This document shows, one piece after another, positions 34,015 to 47,715 of a DNA stretch of 64,000 nucleotides. The notes below the pieces were generated by a model that did not search any database, was not told the origin of the DNA, and was given only the letters and a program-made list of their open reading frames with translations. Made by a program: the position numbers and the translations under genes. Source of the DNA: Lama glama (Eukaryota); the NCBI GenBank assembly GCA_028534125.1, contig CM052816.1, positions 46,874,001-46,938,000 of the forward strand, written 5' to 3'. Numbering within the stretch: the first letter of the stretch is position 1; each line of letters begins with the position of its first letter.

Positions 34015-34240
34015 TGTATTAGTTTGCTAGGGCTGTCATGACAAAGTACTGCAGATTGTGTGACTTAAACAACAGAAATTTATTTCCTTACAGTTCTAGA
34101 GGCTAGAGTCCAAGATTAAGAGTCAGTGAGGTTGATTTCTTCCTTAGCTTGTAAAGAGCCGTATTTCCCCTATGTCTTCACATAGTCTTTCTTCTTTGCA
34201 TGTCTGTATCCTAATCTCTTCTTTAACAAACACTTGTCAT
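34015..34240 (-). mobile_element. MaLR (MLT1) LTR fragment
   Basis: TGTATTAGTTTGCTAGGGCTG...TTAAACAACAGAAATTTATTTC...CAGTTCTAGAGGCTAG..GTCCAAGAT. Confidence 0.85.
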
Positions 34241-34388
34241 CGCTGCTTCCCAAGGTAGGAATTTTTCCACCTGGGGACCTGCATGGTTCCATTAAATTAG
34301 AATGTCACCTGGATATTTTGGGCTTCTCATTCCACTGAACCAAGAGGCTAAAGTGATTAATCTCAAATTACCAATTACCCATTGGAGA

Positions 34389-34419
<31 letters not shown>

Positions 34420-34760
34420 TTGCGTGTGTACTCACGCTTGCATAGAACAAGCAAAGGGGAAAATGCATAGAGCTGATACTGTCTTAATTTCTATAACTGG
34501 TCATGAGACTATAGTTTGATATTTTAAAAGTCCTTTCATTACCCGTATTCTGTTTCCTTTGTCTTCCCTCAACCAGGACTTCAGCTGTTCAGTCCTTTAT
34601 CTGGCAGAGTGACCCACCTAAACTTTTAATTTGTGATGGGCCTGAATCCTGCTCTTTTTCAGTTGATTTATGTTTTTCATTAACTTTTACTGTTGGACAT
34701 GGAGGTACTAAGAAAGTGCGTGGAGAATTTCAGACACGGGCTCCTTGCCCTGTTGGGTGA
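34240..34760. mobile_element. Decayed ERVL/MaLR internal fragments
   Basis: CACCTGGATATTTTGGGCTTCTCATTCCACTGAACCAAGAGGC and the ACTGGTCATG...GAGTGACCCA segments resemble ERVL-type internal sequence (from memory). Confidence 0.5.
34389..34414. repeat. (TG)13 microsatellite
   Basis: Direct reading. Confidence 0.92.
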
Positions 34761-34859
34761 TGTCAGTGCTGTCACAGTCAAGACAATGAACACATCTAAT
34801 ACCCAAAACTGTTCCCACCTTTCTGTTTACAGTTTCTCCCTCCTGGCCCTCTTTGTCTC

Positions 34860-35932
34860 CCTCAACCTGTGCATACTCAGGTATCCTCTGAATTTTATAT
34901 AAATTTTATCACATAGAATAGATTCCTTTTTTTTTTTTTTTGGCCTGGCTTCTTTCACTCAGCATAATCATCTTGCAATTCATCCCTGTTGTTGATTGCG
35001 TCAATACTTCAGTCCTTTTTATTCCTGAGTATTGCAGTATATGGATGTATCATTATTTGTTTCTCCATTCTTATTGATGGATATTTGCATTATTTCCAGT
35101 TTTTGACAATTAAAATAAAACCATTGTGAACCTTTGCATCAACTCTTTGTGTGGACATATACTTTGATTTCTCTTGAGTAAATACCTAAGAGTGGAATGA
35201 CTGAATTAAATGGTAGTTGTGTGTTTAACTTTTTAAGAAATTGCCAAGCCTTTTTAAAAAAGTTAGAGTATTATTTATTCCCACAATGACTGTGTGAAAG
35301 TTCTAGATCCACATCCTCAGCAACACTTCGTATAGCTATTCTTTTTATTTTTAGACATTATAGTCGTGTCATTGTGGTTTTCATTTACGTTTCCCTAATT
35401 ATTTGTGAAATCATCACAATTTCCTTTCTGTGTTCTTGTTTGCCATTCATATATTTTCTTTGGTAAAGGTAATTATTCAGATCTTCTGCCTAGCTTTTTA
35501 AGGTGACTATTCAAATCTTCTGCGTAGTTTTTAAAAATTATTAGGAAGTTTTGATTTTTGACTTGTTTATTCTGAATACAAGTCCTTTATCAGATATGTA
35601 ATTTGCAAATATTTTCTTCTAGTTTGTGGCATTTATTGTCATTCATTTAACAGTATTTTTTGAATAATAGAGGTCTTTTATTTTGGGGAAGTCCAGTTTA
35701 TCAGTTTTTTCCTTTTATGGATCATGTTTTTGTAGCTAAGAAATCTTTGTCTAACCCAATGTCACAAGTATTTTCTCCTATGTTTTCTTCTAGAATTGTG
35801 GTTAGTTTTAAGTTTAACATTTAGGTCTGTGATCCACTTTGCTTTAATATTTGTACGTGGTGTGAGGCATGAATTGAAGGTTATCTGTCTTTGTATGTGG
35901 ATATCCAGTAGTTCTAGGGCCATTTGTTGATA
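34860..35932 (-). mobile_element. Old L1 (L1M-type) 3' region
   Basis: CTGGCTTCTTTCACTCAGCATAAT...GTAAATACCTAAGAGTGGAAT...TCCTTTATCAGATATG...TGGATATCCAGT, typical antisense L1 ORF2 3' sequence. Confidence 0.88.
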
Positions 35933-37914
35933 GTTAACAGTTCTTCATATTAATTTTTCTTTTTTCATAAAGCTAGTACGATTTCTGATTCCTGGCTGGA
36001 CTCTGACAGACACAAACTGGCTATCTCTTGAATTGTGGTCTGGATTTCTAAAGTATTTCAATTAATAGTTTTGTCTATGTGGTCACAGCCTAATGCATAA
36101 AGAGTGTCAAAATGATACCTTTCAGACAAACATGTAGGTAGTAATGTTCCTTTGTTGTAAGTAATTTAAAAGTTCTGGTTACCTAATACATGGTGATAAA
36201 ATATTTTAGGAGAAAGCGAGTGGTTTCCAAGTCAGTGCTCCTACATGTTAACCATTGGATCTGAGCATATCCAAGGGTTTCATTGGGCTGTGTATTATAA
36301 TAAATGTTAATACAATACTTAAGGCAAGTATTAAAAGATAAATGACTATCAATTTGTTTTTCTTACACATTTCTTGGGTATTTGGGCTGAATGGATGGAT
36401 AATTTGGGTTGGATGAAATCAGCCCACCAATCCAGCAACCAACCAGCCAACCAAAAAATAAACAAATTGATGCCCAAATACAAAATCAAAACAACGGAAT
36501 CAGTGAAGTAAGGCATGTTGCAAGTGAAATGCTTTGTACCTTCATGGTGATGTAACCACTCATTTTATCGTTTTTCTTTTCAACTATTTTTAGGCCATAA
36601 TACAAACAGAATAGTGATAAAAGTGAAGGCATAACAATTTTGGAATCAAGGGTGGGAAGTTCCTCGTCATTAGAATCTTGACCTTTGAACCAGATTTTGG
36701 ATCCTGGTAGGAAGCAAAACGTGGAGATCATAAAGCATAGTTTGTGCTTTTGAACCAGCTGCAGCCCGTGTGTCTCCTTTCCCACAACCCCAGGCTTAGG
36801 GCATGTTGTGAATTAATGAGTATCTAGAAAGTTAGGACCAAGCCTATTATTTAATGAGAAACACTACTCTTTTTAAGTTAATGGTTTGAAAATACACATA
36901 CCACAAATGTGATTCTTAAATTTCACACATATGTAAAATGGCCAATTGTGCTGTTTCTTCTGCAACTTGACCAAGCATTCATTTGCTGTTGTACAACGAG
37001 GAGGAAAAAACATTCGTAATATTGAGAGACTTTCTAATGAGGCCCAGAAGAGCCAGAATACATTTAAAGTACTGAGAGAAAATCGAATACCAGTTTTTAG
37101 ACGAAAGAATAAAGGAGGGGGTTGGTTGATAAACTACTCAGAAATAGAAACCATGTTAAAGGTGATGTTTTGGCTGTTAGGCTTTCTTCAGGCCTTAAGA
37201 GATAAAACTAACATTTTTATATTTCTTCTGCCCAAGGAAGGCCTCAAAGACTGAATGCTGCCTTTAACCTTATTCTATATTCCACAGAGTATTTTAAAGA
37301 CTAGAAAAATATTGCTGGAGCAAAAGTGATTGGGGCTCTGAAAGATCAGAAGAAATCTATCATTATTTTTTTTTTAAATAAGCAGACACTGAGAACTTCA
37401 TCCACAAAGTTATTCTGAAGTCAGTGTTCCAGCCAGAGACTTTCGTAGTAAATAAATAAGACTGACCTAGGGTTCACTGTGTTTTTGGATCTGAGTGCTA
37501 CTTTCTTTTAGATTGTTTTACTCGAAACTTTACCTCCTTTTCTATAATAATATTACTTATATTTTGGTTTTAAGTCAAATGTTGAATTCAAAAGTGATTT
37601 TAATTTAGACAATGGAACTGTTCAATACACTAAACTTACGTATGCTTTCATAACAACTTGAAAATATTAAATTATATGAAGATAATTTTTAGAAATTATT
37701 AAAATCTCAATATTTTATTTTTTCTCATTGAATTTTGTTTATAGGATTTTTAAAATAATGAATTAGCAGTTTAGAAAAAGTAAAAATGACAAATCAAAGC
37801 ACTAGTCAAAAAAGTCAAGTTAGTCTTCATATCTTTTTCTTTGAGGATAATAGGAAAAAATTTTAATATGTTATGCATTAGATAATATTATTGTGTCAAG
37901 GCTAAATTTATTAG

Positions 37915-38305
37915 AAAAAATTAAAGTATAGTTGACATACAATATTATATTATTTTCAGCTGTACAGCATAGTGATTCGATATTTTTACACATTATATAC
38001 CATACACAGTTAGTACAGTGTTATTGACTGTGCTCCCAGTGCTGTACTTTACATCCCTGTGATTTATTTATTTTATAACTGGTACTTTGTACCTCTTAAT
38101 TCTTTTCACCTGTTTTGCCCACCCCCACACTCCCTTCCCCTCTGGTAACTGCCGTTCCCTATCTGTGATTCTGTTTCTGTTTTGTTATATTTGTTCTTTT
38201 GCTTTGTGTTTTTAGATTCTACATGTATGGTATTTGTCTTTCTCTCTCTGACTTATTTCACTTAGCCGAATATCCGCTGGAGCCATCCATCCATCTTGTT
38301 GTATC
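37915..38305 (-). mobile_element. L1 3' UTR fragment (laurasiatherian type)
   Basis: AAGTATAGTTGACATACAATATTATATT...TGTACAGCATAGTGATTC...TTTTAGATTCTACATG...CTGACTTATTTCACTTAGC. Confidence 0.85.
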
Positions 38306-38544
38306 TTTTGATTTGTCTAATGAGCAAACACATATGCTCTGAAAAAGATGCTTGTCTTGACAGATATGGCCAGGTACATGCATGGATTGTGACATTCACT
38401 GAGGATTGCAGGACCGTGTTCTAAAAAATACAAGTAGCTGCCAAAATCACCAACTATGTGGGTCAGCTGTGAATACCTAAAATATAGAACAAATATTTCT
38501 ATAGCATAAAGAAAGAGAATTACTAAAAGGAGGGACACTATTGA

Positions 38545-38720
38545 TTACTGAAAGCCAACTCTAAACCAAATGTTTTACACGTATTATCTTGTTCAGTCCT
38601 CACAGTAACCTCATTAAGGATAAAGCAGTTTCCCCATTATCATACAACTGAAGTGTCACATCTAGCACTGATGTGTTTGCTCTCAGAGCCTGCTTTTTCT
38701 TCACTACACAGAACTACCTA
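38545..38720 (-). mobile_element. MIR fragment
   Basis: TTTTACACGTATTATCTTGTTCAGTCCTCACAGTAACCTC...CAGAGCCTGCTTTTTCTTCACTACAC. Confidence 0.6.
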
Positions 38721-39499
38721 TTAAATATATACCGTTCTTTAATTTGGTGGGAAGCAACAAATTTATAACTAAATAGTGTTCCATCTAATACTATGAAATG
38801 TATTAAAATACCCGTGAAAAGTTACATCTTTATTATTAATTTTTATATATTCTATTAAAAATGTAGATTTCATACTATGTTTTTAAATATGTCAGTAGTA
38901 GACTTTTAAAAATTCCAATTTCTGTCTTAAAGTTTGTTTTTGGCTTTATTTTTATAATTTTCAGTGGTGATATTGCCATATTGATAAACTTTAATTTATC
39001 ATAGGTTTTTCTGGGAGAAAATGGATTAATGTAGTCCAAATGACTAAAAAAATGAAACAGGCATGCCTCTTTTTATTGCATTTCACTTTGTTGGGCTTCA
39101 CAGATAGAATTTTTTACAAATTGAAGGTTTGTGGCAATTCAGTGTCAATCAAGTCTATAGGTTCCATTTTCCAATAGCATTTGCTTACTTCATGTCTCTG
39201 TCACATTTTGGTAATTCTTGTCATATTTCAAACTTTTTTATTATTATTATATTTGTTATGGTGATCTGTGGTCAGTGACCTCTGACATTACTAATGTAAT
39301 GGTTTTGGGACACCACGAAGGGTGCTCATGCAAGACCTTGAACTTAATCCATACATGTTGTGTGGATTCTGACTGCCCCATCAATGGGCCGTTCCTCTGA
39401 CTCTCTCATTTCTTCTCAGGTCTCTCTATTTCCTGAGACATAATATTAAAATAAGGCCAATTAATAACCCTACAATAGCCCCTAGGTGTTCAAGTGAAA

Positions 39500-41111
39500 G
39501 GGTTAGAAGATGCTCACTTTAGATCAAAAGCTAGATATGATTAAGCTTAATGAGGAAGGCATGTCAAAAGCAGAGATGGGCCAACAGCTAGACCTTTTGT
39601 GTCAAACAGCTATCCAAGTTTTGAATGCAAAGGAAAAGTTCATGAAGGAAATTAAAAGTGCCAGTCCAGTGAACACAGGAATGATTAGAAAGCAAAACAA
39701 CAGCCTTGTTGCTGATATGGAGAAAGTTTTAGTAGTCTGGATAGAAGATCAAACCAACCACAACATTCAAAAACCAAAACCTAATCCAGAGCAAGGCCCT
39801 AACGCTATCTGATTCTATCAAGGCTAAGAGAGGTAAGGAAGCTGCAGAAAAAACGTTTGAAGCTAGCAGAGGGTGGTTCATGAGGTTGAAGGAGAGGAGC
39901 CATCTTAATAACATAAAAGTGTGAGGTGAGGCAGCAAGTACTGATGTAGAAACTGCAGCAAGTTATTCAGAACATCTAGCTGAGATCTTTAATGGTGGTG
40001 GGTGGCTACACAAAACAAATTTTCAATGTGGATGAAACAGCCTTATATTGGAATAAGATGCCATCTAGGATTTTCATAGCTGGAGAAGAGAAGTCAATGT
40101 CTGGCTTCAAAGTTTCAAAAAATAAAATGCCTGTCTTGCTAGGGAGCCCCATTCCATCACATTACCTGCAGCTGGTGACTTTAAGTTGAAGCCAGTGCTC
40201 ATTTTTATCATTCCAAAAATCTTCTCTGTCTGCACTGTATAAATGGAACAAGAGCCTGGATGTCAGCACATCACTTGACAATATGGTTTACTGAATATTT
40301 AAAGTCCATTGTTGAGACTGCTGCTCAGACAAAAAGCTTTTTTTTTTCTCCAAAATATTACTGCCTATTGGCAATGTAACTGGTTGCCCAAGAACTCTGA
40401 TGGAGATTATCAAATGAGTGTTGTTTTCATGCCTGCTAACACAACATCCATTCTGCAGCCCAGGGATCAAGGAGTCATTTCAACTTGAAAGTCTTATTTT
40501 TTAAGAAATAGATTTCATTAGACTATAGCTGCCATAGATAGTGATTCCTCTGATGGATCTGGACAAAGTAAATTGAAAACCTTCTGGAAAGGATTCACCA
40601 TTCTAGATGCCATTAGTAATATTCATGATTTATGGGAAGAGGTCAAAATATCAACATTGACAGGAATTGGGAAGAAGTTGATTCCAACCCTCACAGATGA
40701 CTTTGAGGGTGTCAAGGCATCAGTGGAGGAGGAACTGCAGCTGTGGTGAAAATAGCAAGAGAACTAGAATTAGGAGTGGAGAATGAAAGTGTGATTGAAT
40801 TGCTGTAATCTCTTGATGGAACTTTAAAAGATGAGGGGTTGCTTCTTATGGATAAGCAAAGAAAGTGATTTTTTGAGTTGGAATCAACTCCTGGTGAGGA
40901 TGCTGCGAAGATTGTTGATATAACCGTGAAGGATTTAGAATATTACATAAACTTAGTTGATAAACCAACAATAAAATTTGAAAGGATTGACTCCAATTTT
41001 GAAAGAAGTTCTGTTGTGGGTGAAATGCTATCGAACATCATTGCATGCTACAGGGAAATCATTTGTGAAAGGAATTTTCAACTGATGTGGCAAACTTTTG
41101 TCTTATTTTAA
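39500..41111 (+). pseudogene. Disrupted Tigger1 transposase (CENP-B-like HTH + DDE)
   Basis: Fragments [51 protein letters not shown] and [11 protein letters not shown]...[12 protein letters not shown], broken by stops and frameshifts. Confidence 0.9.
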
Positions 41112-41379
41112 GAAGTTGCCACAGCCATCCCAGCCTTCAGCAACCACCAGTCTGATCAGTCAGCAGCCATCAGCACCAAGGCAAGCCCCTCCACTAGCAA
41201 AAGCATTATAACTCAGATGATGGTTAGCATTTTTTAACAATAATTTTTTAACAATAATTTTGTTTTTTTAGAAATAATGCTGTTACACACTTGATAGACA
41301 TAGTATAGTGTAAAATAACTTTTATATGCACTGGGAAACAAAAAAATTTGTGTGACTTTATTGCGATACTTGTTTTATT

Positions 41380-41492
41380 TAAAAATTTTTTGGTGAGGGA
41401 GGTAATTAGGTTTATTTATTTATTTATTTTAATGGCGATACTGGGGATTGTGAATGCTAAGCATGCGCTCTACCATTAAGCTATACCCACCC
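41380..41492 (-). mobile_element. tRNA-derived camelid-type (vic-1-like) SINE nested in Tigger1
   Basis: Reverse of GGGTGGGTATAGCTTAATGGTAGAGCGCATGCTTAGCAT...AATCCCCAGTATC...AAATAAACCTAATTACCTCCC, with the B-box region partly deleted. Confidence 0.85.
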
Positions 41493-44400
41493 TGCGATCT
41501 GAACCCACACTATCTCCAGGGTATGCCTGTAACAAGTTCTTATGCAATAAAGAATTCATTCAGGAACTGAATAGTCTATAAAAACTTAAAGATTTTGATG
41601 GTAATTGTAGTCTCTTATAAATTAACTTTTTATAATCTTAAGTATTTAGTGAAGTTCTTTTTGAAAATACCAAAGAAATCATCATATTTTGTTTCATTCA
41701 CTAATAATAATAGATTAAGTCATAGTGGATGGAATCAAAGTCAAGTAAGATTTTCAAATGAACTGTAATGGTTTTAAGATTGGAAATCTTGGGCTATTTT
41801 TTACTATCATAGTTTCTAATGAGCAGTATAAAATTCACATCAGGGGTGTATACCTTAGGAGTTCACTCTTCATGTCGTCATAGGGGATTCACTGGTCAAA
41901 CCTTCCAGGAGATAGCAAGTAGTTTCTTACTACTTTTGTTTGGTGCCCTTGCTGAGATTCAATATTTCAACCCAGCTGCAGGACACTCTACTAAGAATTT
42001 GTGGTCTAGAAAAAAATTCTGTAATTTTTCTGAGAATATTGTTCTAATAGAACCTTGGCGGATAGACTAGGCTACTTTAGCTGTGTCTTCATGATGAGAC
42101 CAAGGTAAGCAGCATTTTCATTTTCAGTGAAATTTGATGAACAGATTATTAGATGTACTTTCAACTCTGTGAGTCAAAGCTGAATGACGAACACAAAGAA
42201 CTGACATTCAGAAATCCTCATTAGTCTAGCTCGGTATAATGCAAACAATTTTTGGAATAGTTGAAATCAGTCTCTTTAGAGTTACAGCATTCTATCTTTT
42301 TGGTCACAGTCCATGGCTAAATGTGCTGTATTTTTAAAAAAATTTACTTAAAATGAACTAAAATTCTGCTTGGAAGGTGTAAGGAATTTTCATAATACCA
42401 CTTAGCTTTGGCACAGTCTAAAGAATTCAAAAATAAGAGATCGAAATAAGTACCTTAGAGCTACAGTGACAACACAGATTATAATGAGTTGTTTCTTAGT
42501 GATAAGTTCTAAATATGACAGTCCTGTTTCTGTTTGCACCCCAATAGCTCCTAAGACCTTAAGGGATTACTAAAAGATGATTTCAAAGCTAACCTTGTAA
42601 ACGTCTTTTTTAAAAGTTCTTTTTCATGACTAATACCAGAGCAAGTATAGTAGTAATTGCAGAGGAAGACAAAAATGTATTTGTTAGTATGCTCAAATAT
42701 TTTTTTTAATTAGAAGAAAAATTATTTTATTAATTGAAACTTCTCAACTGAGTTTGTACAGTATAGTATTGATTCTGTGAAATTATTTTTTTGACAAATG
42801 CTTGTCTTCAGTCAACCCTCTGATTACTTATAGTTTTAAACTTGGGAACAGAAGGGAAATGTTGCGTCTACTAAACCACCTGTCAGATTTGTCTCCAGAG
42901 TAGTTGTTTCCCCCAGGAGGACTTCAGTTCATGATTATTAAACAAATACTGAAGAAGTAACTAATAAATGTGGACTGCTAGGGTCAAATTAGATTATTAC
43001 CTGAATGGACTCATGCTTTAGTCCAAACTGAGTTGCTGATTTTCCAACCTATACTTCAGTTTTCTTTCCCTGCAGAGACGGTCTTAGCTTTTATATTCAT
43101 ATCTTGACATTTTCATTGCATTTTTTAAAACTGAGAATTCCCATTTATCTTTATGTCATTAAGCAAAATAAGATTCACAATTAAAATGAAAGCCACATGT
43201 GGGTTGGCTAAAAAATTACTTATTTTCCAAAAACAAAACAAACAAAAACAAACAAAACACTTGACGGTTTGGTAACTAACTACAAGACACAGGTCTGTTC
43301 CTCAAGATATGCTCCCAGTTCCCCCAACCCAATCTTCAGTGACTGTGTGAACCTGTGGAGGCCAGGTAGGAGTGGGACTGAGGATATCTTATTTGAAGAA
43401 CAAATTAAGAAGGTCCAAACAGTAAAGCAGTGCTCTAAGGAACTGGCAAAGGCTTTTGCATGAAGAAGCAGCAAGGAAAAAAAAAATGAAATGCATAAAA
43501 ACTCTGCACAGCAGTTTTAGAGCTTTGATAAAATATAAAATGTCTTTAACCCCTTTGCTGTTCTTGCAAACGCCTGCAATTCAAGAATTTTATTATTCTG
43601 GGGCTAACGTATTTTAAACCTCAATAACTGAATGTTTCCTTTGGGATACCTTCAGGCAAACTATATATTGATTTTCTCAGAATGCACTGTATTTTTCATT
43701 AGTACCAAGGTTTGGTGGATATCTAGTCATTTGTTCACCAAATTCCTCTGAAAATTAAAATGGACTACTCCATTTTGGCTGTGGAGTCTTCAGAGCATGA
43801 ATATTAATTTTTTTTTTCTGTTAGACTCTACCAGGATACACTATTTTGACATTCATCTTGTCCAGGGCATATGATACCAAAGCACCTCTTTGACTTGGTA
43901 TGCCATTTTCCTCTAAATACCACTCCCTATTTGCCACTTGGTTTTGATGACATATTTGACATTGCCAAGATCAAAATGTTTTTCTGATTTAATTTTTAAG
44001 CTACCAAGTTACAGGTTTACCTACATAATGCACATAAAATGAGATCTTATCTGATTATTCTGTCATTTGAATTATCCAGGAAATTCAGTTATTTTAGAAG
44101 GCAAAGCATATTGGCTTTGCTCAATGTTCAGATTCATTTGTTGGTAGAAACGTAGTCCGTGACATAGGTAATGAGATTCCCACAGCTGAAAGTAGCATTA
44201 CGTAAGTAATTCTGGTGTACCTTCCAGTCTCGTCCTTCATGAACTACTAATGTTTTCCTGGTTGAGGGAGGAGATTCCTAGCTCTTCCTCAAGACTACAC
44301 CTCTCATCACACCAGGTGTGCATACCAGAGGTTGTGTATGGAAGAAAGTTCACTTCTTATTTTGTGTTATACTTCTTGATACTGGCGTAGTTTTGACTCT

Positions 44401-44799
44401 ACTAGCCACCCCCAGGGACATGTAGTTGGAAGTAGCAGTGGGTACCTTTTTGGGTGTACGTTTAAATTGTGCAGTTTGCCAGTGAGTGAGAAAACTGAGC
44501 CCCCTGAATCCACGTCTCACCATGGATTTGCAGTTCTCTTCTGAAATAGGTGCGGATTAGTATACCAGTTTTACAAATGAGGAAAGGGAAGAAATTGTAC
44601 GTTATGGTTGGATTGTTAATTCAGTGAGTCTAGAGGAACTGAGGTATTTCCTTTGGAAAAGTCAAACATCTACTATGACAGGAATGATTCAAGGAATCAG
44701 GGAGGGGCTAAATGCGGAGATGCACTTGTTTCTTATTTACTGTATGCATCCTTGGTGTTGAGGTTTTGAACTCAGAATTTTGAAATCTTGAATGTCTTC

Positions 44800-45230
44800 A
44801 ACGAGTAGAGCACTATTCTAGGCGTGGAGGATTCCAGGGTGAACTAGACAGGAAAGGTCCCTACTTTTACAGAATTCGCATCTAATCAGGGAGAATGTGA
44901 GAGGGTCAATACAAAAAGAAACAAATAAATGAACAAGGTAATTGCAGGTAAAGGAGGAAGGCTTTGAAGATGGTAGAAAGTGGGACTGCAAAGCATGGGC
45001 TTGGGCTGGAAGTGATGAGAGCTGCTTTAGGTTGACTGATGATTTCTCTGAGGAAGTGAACTTTGGTCACAGGCCTGCATGATACGAGGAAGCTAGCCAT
45101 GTGGAGTCTGGGAGCAGGGAAGGCAAGTGAAATGGTCCTAGTATGGTGATGAGCTTGGTGTGTGCAAGGGACAAGAAGAAGGTGAGTGGGGGCAGAGACC
45201 AGAGCACAGGATGGCAGCATCATTAGTGTG
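44800..45230 (-). mobile_element. L2 fragment
   Basis: GCACTATTCTAGGCGTGGAGGAT...GTCCCTACT...CTCTGAGGAAGTGA...AGCCATGTGGAG, an antisense L2 pattern. Confidence 0.7.
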
Positions 45231-46149
45231 AGACCAGGTCCTTTATCCTGGATTAACCAAGCTTGTAACTTGACTACAAAGATGTAACTTCAGGATTCAG
45301 AATTTAAAACTTTTAGGTCAAGATCAGTGTTCACTTATAATGGCATAAGATTTTAGATCGTATGTCCTTTTAAAAGAATTCATGTGAGAGTAAGATATAA
45401 AATTCAACTAAAAATAGCAGGAAAAAAATCCGTTTAATGAAGTATTGAGCACTTTTATGTATCAGACTCTGAGCTAGGTGAAGGCAGGTATATGAATAAG
45501 ACATGATCCTGCCATTAAGGAGGTCCCTGAGAGGTAAAATGCAGGTTAAAACTATTACCTACCAGTCAGATGTTTGAAAAATCAGCCAACTTCAAATGTG
45601 ATCCCTCATGGCTGAAACTGCACTTATGTACCTTCTCAGTTACAGTGGAGCTTCTTCTCCGGTGTCCACTGTGTTTGATTGAAGTCAAGTTTAAACTTAA
45701 GCAAAATGAGTTATACATACTGGGTGCTTATTAACTATTGCTTCATTTATTAGTTTTATTAACAACATTTGAAAGATTCAATATATGCAATTTATATCAA
45801 CAATGACTACATCTATGCTGTAATCAGAATAGAAGAATAATGCAGAATTTTTAATCCACATCTTCAAACTATTTCCACATATCCTATTGATTGCAATATA
45901 TGTATTTTATTTCTGTAAATCTAACTGCAATTATTTTATTCCAAAATTTCATCTGAATTTCTAAAACTGATTAGTTTTAGGACAAATATAGGTTGACAAA
46001 TTACCAGAGCCCCTTATTTTTCCTCTTTACTTGAATTATTTAAATTTATTAAATTATTAAAAAAATAAAAGTAATGAATTCTCATTATAAAGAAAAAATA
46101 AATATTATAGAGATTTATAGAATAAAAAGTCAAAATCCTGATAGACTGC

Positions 46150-46790
46150 CCCTCCCCCGCTCCAATGCCAAACTGGAGACTGTCACCATTAATAATTTGG
46201 TGTGTAACTTGCAGATCTTTTTCTATACCCGCTCCTCTCCTCTCTTCACATAGGGTTTGCTTAATTTTCTGTTTGTATGAATAAATCATACTCTACATGT
46301 TTTGTGACTTGGTTAGCAGACTATCACTGAATTTTCAAGTTAATACACAGATTTATACCATTCTCTTAGGATGGCATGGAATTCCATAGACTCAATACAT
46401 CATAATGTATTATTTTTTTCTTCTTAAGATTGTCTGTATTATAAAATATCCAGACAAAAGTAGAGAATAAGATAATAAAAACAATAAACACTTGTGTCCA
46501 TAGCACATAACTCCATCACATGTTTAACAAGATCTCTATTGATGGGAATACGTGCTATTGCTAGATTGTTAGTGTTCAAACAAAAGGATAATTTCTTTGC
46601 ATGCTTATTATCATTATGCACATGTGCAAGCTAGTTGTGAAAGATTGATGCCTAGAAATGGAGTGGTTGGAACAAAGGGCATGTGCATTTGAAAATTTGA
46701 AAGATCCAGCAAAATCGTCCTACAAAAATGGTTGTGCTTACACTCCCATGTGCAACAGATGCATGTACGATCCCTTACTTGAAACGGTAC
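46150..46790 (-). mobile_element. Very old L1 (L1ME-type) fragment
   Basis: ATTCCAT...CATAAT, TATTGATGGG, CCTAGAAATGGAGTGGTTGG...AAAGGGCATGTGCATTT...CACTCCCA. Confidence 0.6.
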
Positions 46791-47594
46791 ACGTACATAA
46801 TAATGAATAAAAATACAGATTTTAACATGGAAGAACAATTTTTAGAAAAATAAAATTAAACTTCTAAAATTGTATTATCAAACTCTGAAATATTTAGCTG
46901 TTGTACTTTTATTAACTTTATTATCTCTCAGTGCCTCAGGCTGATGTCTGGTTGAGCATAGGTTCAGATTTTTTTTAAATAAAGATTAAAGTATTTCTGC
47001 AAAGAGCAATAAAATTATTCCAAAGGCTTGATACCTATAGTTTGTATTTACGTACTCTGTTTGCCCCTACTATTGTTTTTCCACGGTCTGAAGTACTTTT
47101 CTGTGATATTTACCACCCAATAAAAGAGATATCAATCAGGATCCTTTCCTGAAGTATTATAATTGGAATAATTCCAATATTGCCTTTTAAACTCCAGAAA
47201 CTGAGTGAAAAAAATCTTTTCCTTGGTTGTAATTCCTTTTTCTAGGAATTCCAGCTTCTATTTCATTTACCTCATCACTTAGAAATGTTGAATTTAATCA
47301 GAGTTACAAGTCTGTATTTCAAACTCAGCAAATTAGAATCAAATTTCAAATTTTAATTTTAAAATAAATTTTGCTTACTCAGGAATGTTCTGAAAATTAA
47401 CTTTGTATCACTCTTGTGTCACATTAAGAAAGTACATAAAACAAAAATAACCATTTACAAATTTCATTTAAGGACCCTAGGAGTCTTTTGAAATTAAGGG
47501 GGCCTATTTATAGAGAACTTAATTTTAGACTCTTCTTGAATTATTTTCAAGAAAAATAGAAAGGATAAGAATTTATTAAATGAATTACGACCTC

Positions 47595-47715
47595 AAATCA
47601 GTGAACGTTTATTGAGCTCTGCTGTGTGCACAGTGCTATGTTAGGTATTGTTCAATGAATGCAACCGTAAATGAGACATGGCCCTCACAATTCAAGGAGC
47701 TTACACTTCAGTCAA
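47595..47715 (-). mobile_element. L2 fragment
   Basis: TTTATTGAGCTCTGCTGTGTGC...TCAAGGAGCTTACA. Confidence 0.6.

Larger units (their letters stand above)
39058..41529 (+). mobile_element. Near full-length Tigger1 DNA transposon (decayed)
   Basis: Both TIRs present: CAGGCATGCCTC (39058) and GGGTATGCCTG followed by TA (41529). Length ~2.4 kb, with internal pogo-family transposase remnants. Confidence 0.95.

Noticed and set aside
39510..39812. 100-aa ORF resembling TIGD1/CENP-B
   Set aside because: Fragment of a frameshifted Tigger1 transposase inside intact TIRs.
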